Below are positions 63,465 to 64,000 of a DNA stretch of 64,000 nt, piece by piece. Source of the stretch: Botryllus schlosseri (taxonomy: Eukaryota); NCBI GenBank assembly GCA_051294905.1, contig CM119383.1, forward strand, positions 23,560,001 through 23,624,000. Direction: 5' to 3'. The position numbers and the translations under genes were made by a program. The notes under the pieces were generated by a model. The model saw nothing but the letters and a program-made list of their open reading frames with translations, did no database searches and was not told the DNA's origin. The first letter of the stretch is position 1. Every line of letters starts with the position of its first letter.

Positions 63465-63625
63465 TAAACAGTCGAACTGAACGTACCAGACGGCTGAAGA
63501 ATAAATGTCTCTCGGACGAGCGATTTCGCTGAATGAGCTTCTCCCTCAACGCGGTAAACGATCGAACTGAACCCACCAGACGGCTGAAGAAAAAATGTCT
63601 CTCGGACGAGCGATTTCGCTACAGC
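63465..63625 (+). repeat. ~90-bp tandem duplication; 37 bp of it recur at ~62628-62664
   Basis: CGAACTGAAC..ACCAGACGGCTGAAGAA.AAATGTCTCTCGGACGAGCGATTTCGCT occurs twice. AATGAGCTTCTCCCTCAACGCGGTAAACGATCGAACT occurs at ~62628 and ~63533. Confidence 0.8.
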
Positions 63626-63864
63626 GAGTTGTGGTTCGTCGCTCTTCGCAGCCCGTCGTTGATAACCACGTGGTCGAGTCAAATTCCAAATCATACGCCA
63701 GCAATACCACAAGCACTTGAAAAAAGTCGGCCAACCTTCAAAGGACTCTTGAGTGTCGCTAACTCTCTGGAGATTTTGAGTCACTGAACACTGCGACAGC
63801 CGATAAAATAACAGTGAGTTTCAAAAAGTAAGTGACAGATCACAAAACACGGCCTAAACATTAA

Positions 63865-64000
63865 GGGTGGGTTTCAAAATGTTGTCTTAATTTAGACCTG
63901 GCTTAAGGCCAGTGAATGACTTGCCCGAGACGCCAGGCGTCGGCGGTCTTACTTCGGTTTCAAATGTCAATTTGGCGCCGCGCTCGGCCAAGTCCGTTAG
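63865..64000 (-). mobile_element. Uninterrupted inverted copy of the GGGTGGGTTTCAAA MITE (runs off the window)
   Basis: TAA + GGGTGGGTTTCAAA; reverse complement of 7086-7147 joined directly to 30361-30434. Confidence 0.9.

Noticed and set aside
62128-63625. Short direct repeats (also 44028-44112, 55043-55090, 56393-56565, 57742-57772) as CRISPR-like arrays
   Set aside because: They have only 2-3 adjacent copies without unique spacers, there are no cas genes, and the context is eukaryotic. They are simple tandem duplications.
1-64000. Host protein-coding gene, or prokaryotic origin of the window
   Set aside because: All recognisable coding sequence is transposon-derived and contains spliceosomal introns; most short ORFs in the track are shadow or chance frames.

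Overview
Eukaryotic (probably invertebrate animal) transposon-dense DNA. No host protein-coding gene is recognisable, and spliceosomal GT-AG introns are present. Positions 1-5 kb hold two Harbinger/PIF elements. From 6.7 to 30.4 kb is a nested stack that can be peeled apart using TIRs and TSDs. A Harbinger-type MITE contains a hAT derivative, which contains a CACTG element and an L2/CR1 3' fragment. That fragment contains a P-superfamily element (itself carrying a hAT MITE) and, 11 bp away, a Ty3/Gypsy provirus whose gag zinc knuckle is split by a 7-kb CCCAG/EnSpm-type element. Further right are an EnSpm relic, a complete but decayed hAT-Buster element, an internally deleted Kolobok element, a THAP relic, a fragmented R2 retrotransposon joined at the canonical R2 site to a ~195-bp 28S rRNA fragment, an unexplained intronless ORF block and Tx1/L1 fragments. 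The top candidate for novelty is the P element (10313-17186; perfect 36-bp TIRs, 7-bp TSD). It encodes an apparently intact 11-exon, 836-aa THAP-DDE transposase that stops just after the catalytic Glu motif. A separate, convergent 2-exon gene resembles the missing P-transposase C-terminal domain, suggesting a split two-component transposase. All family assignments come from motif recognition by eye; no database search was run.
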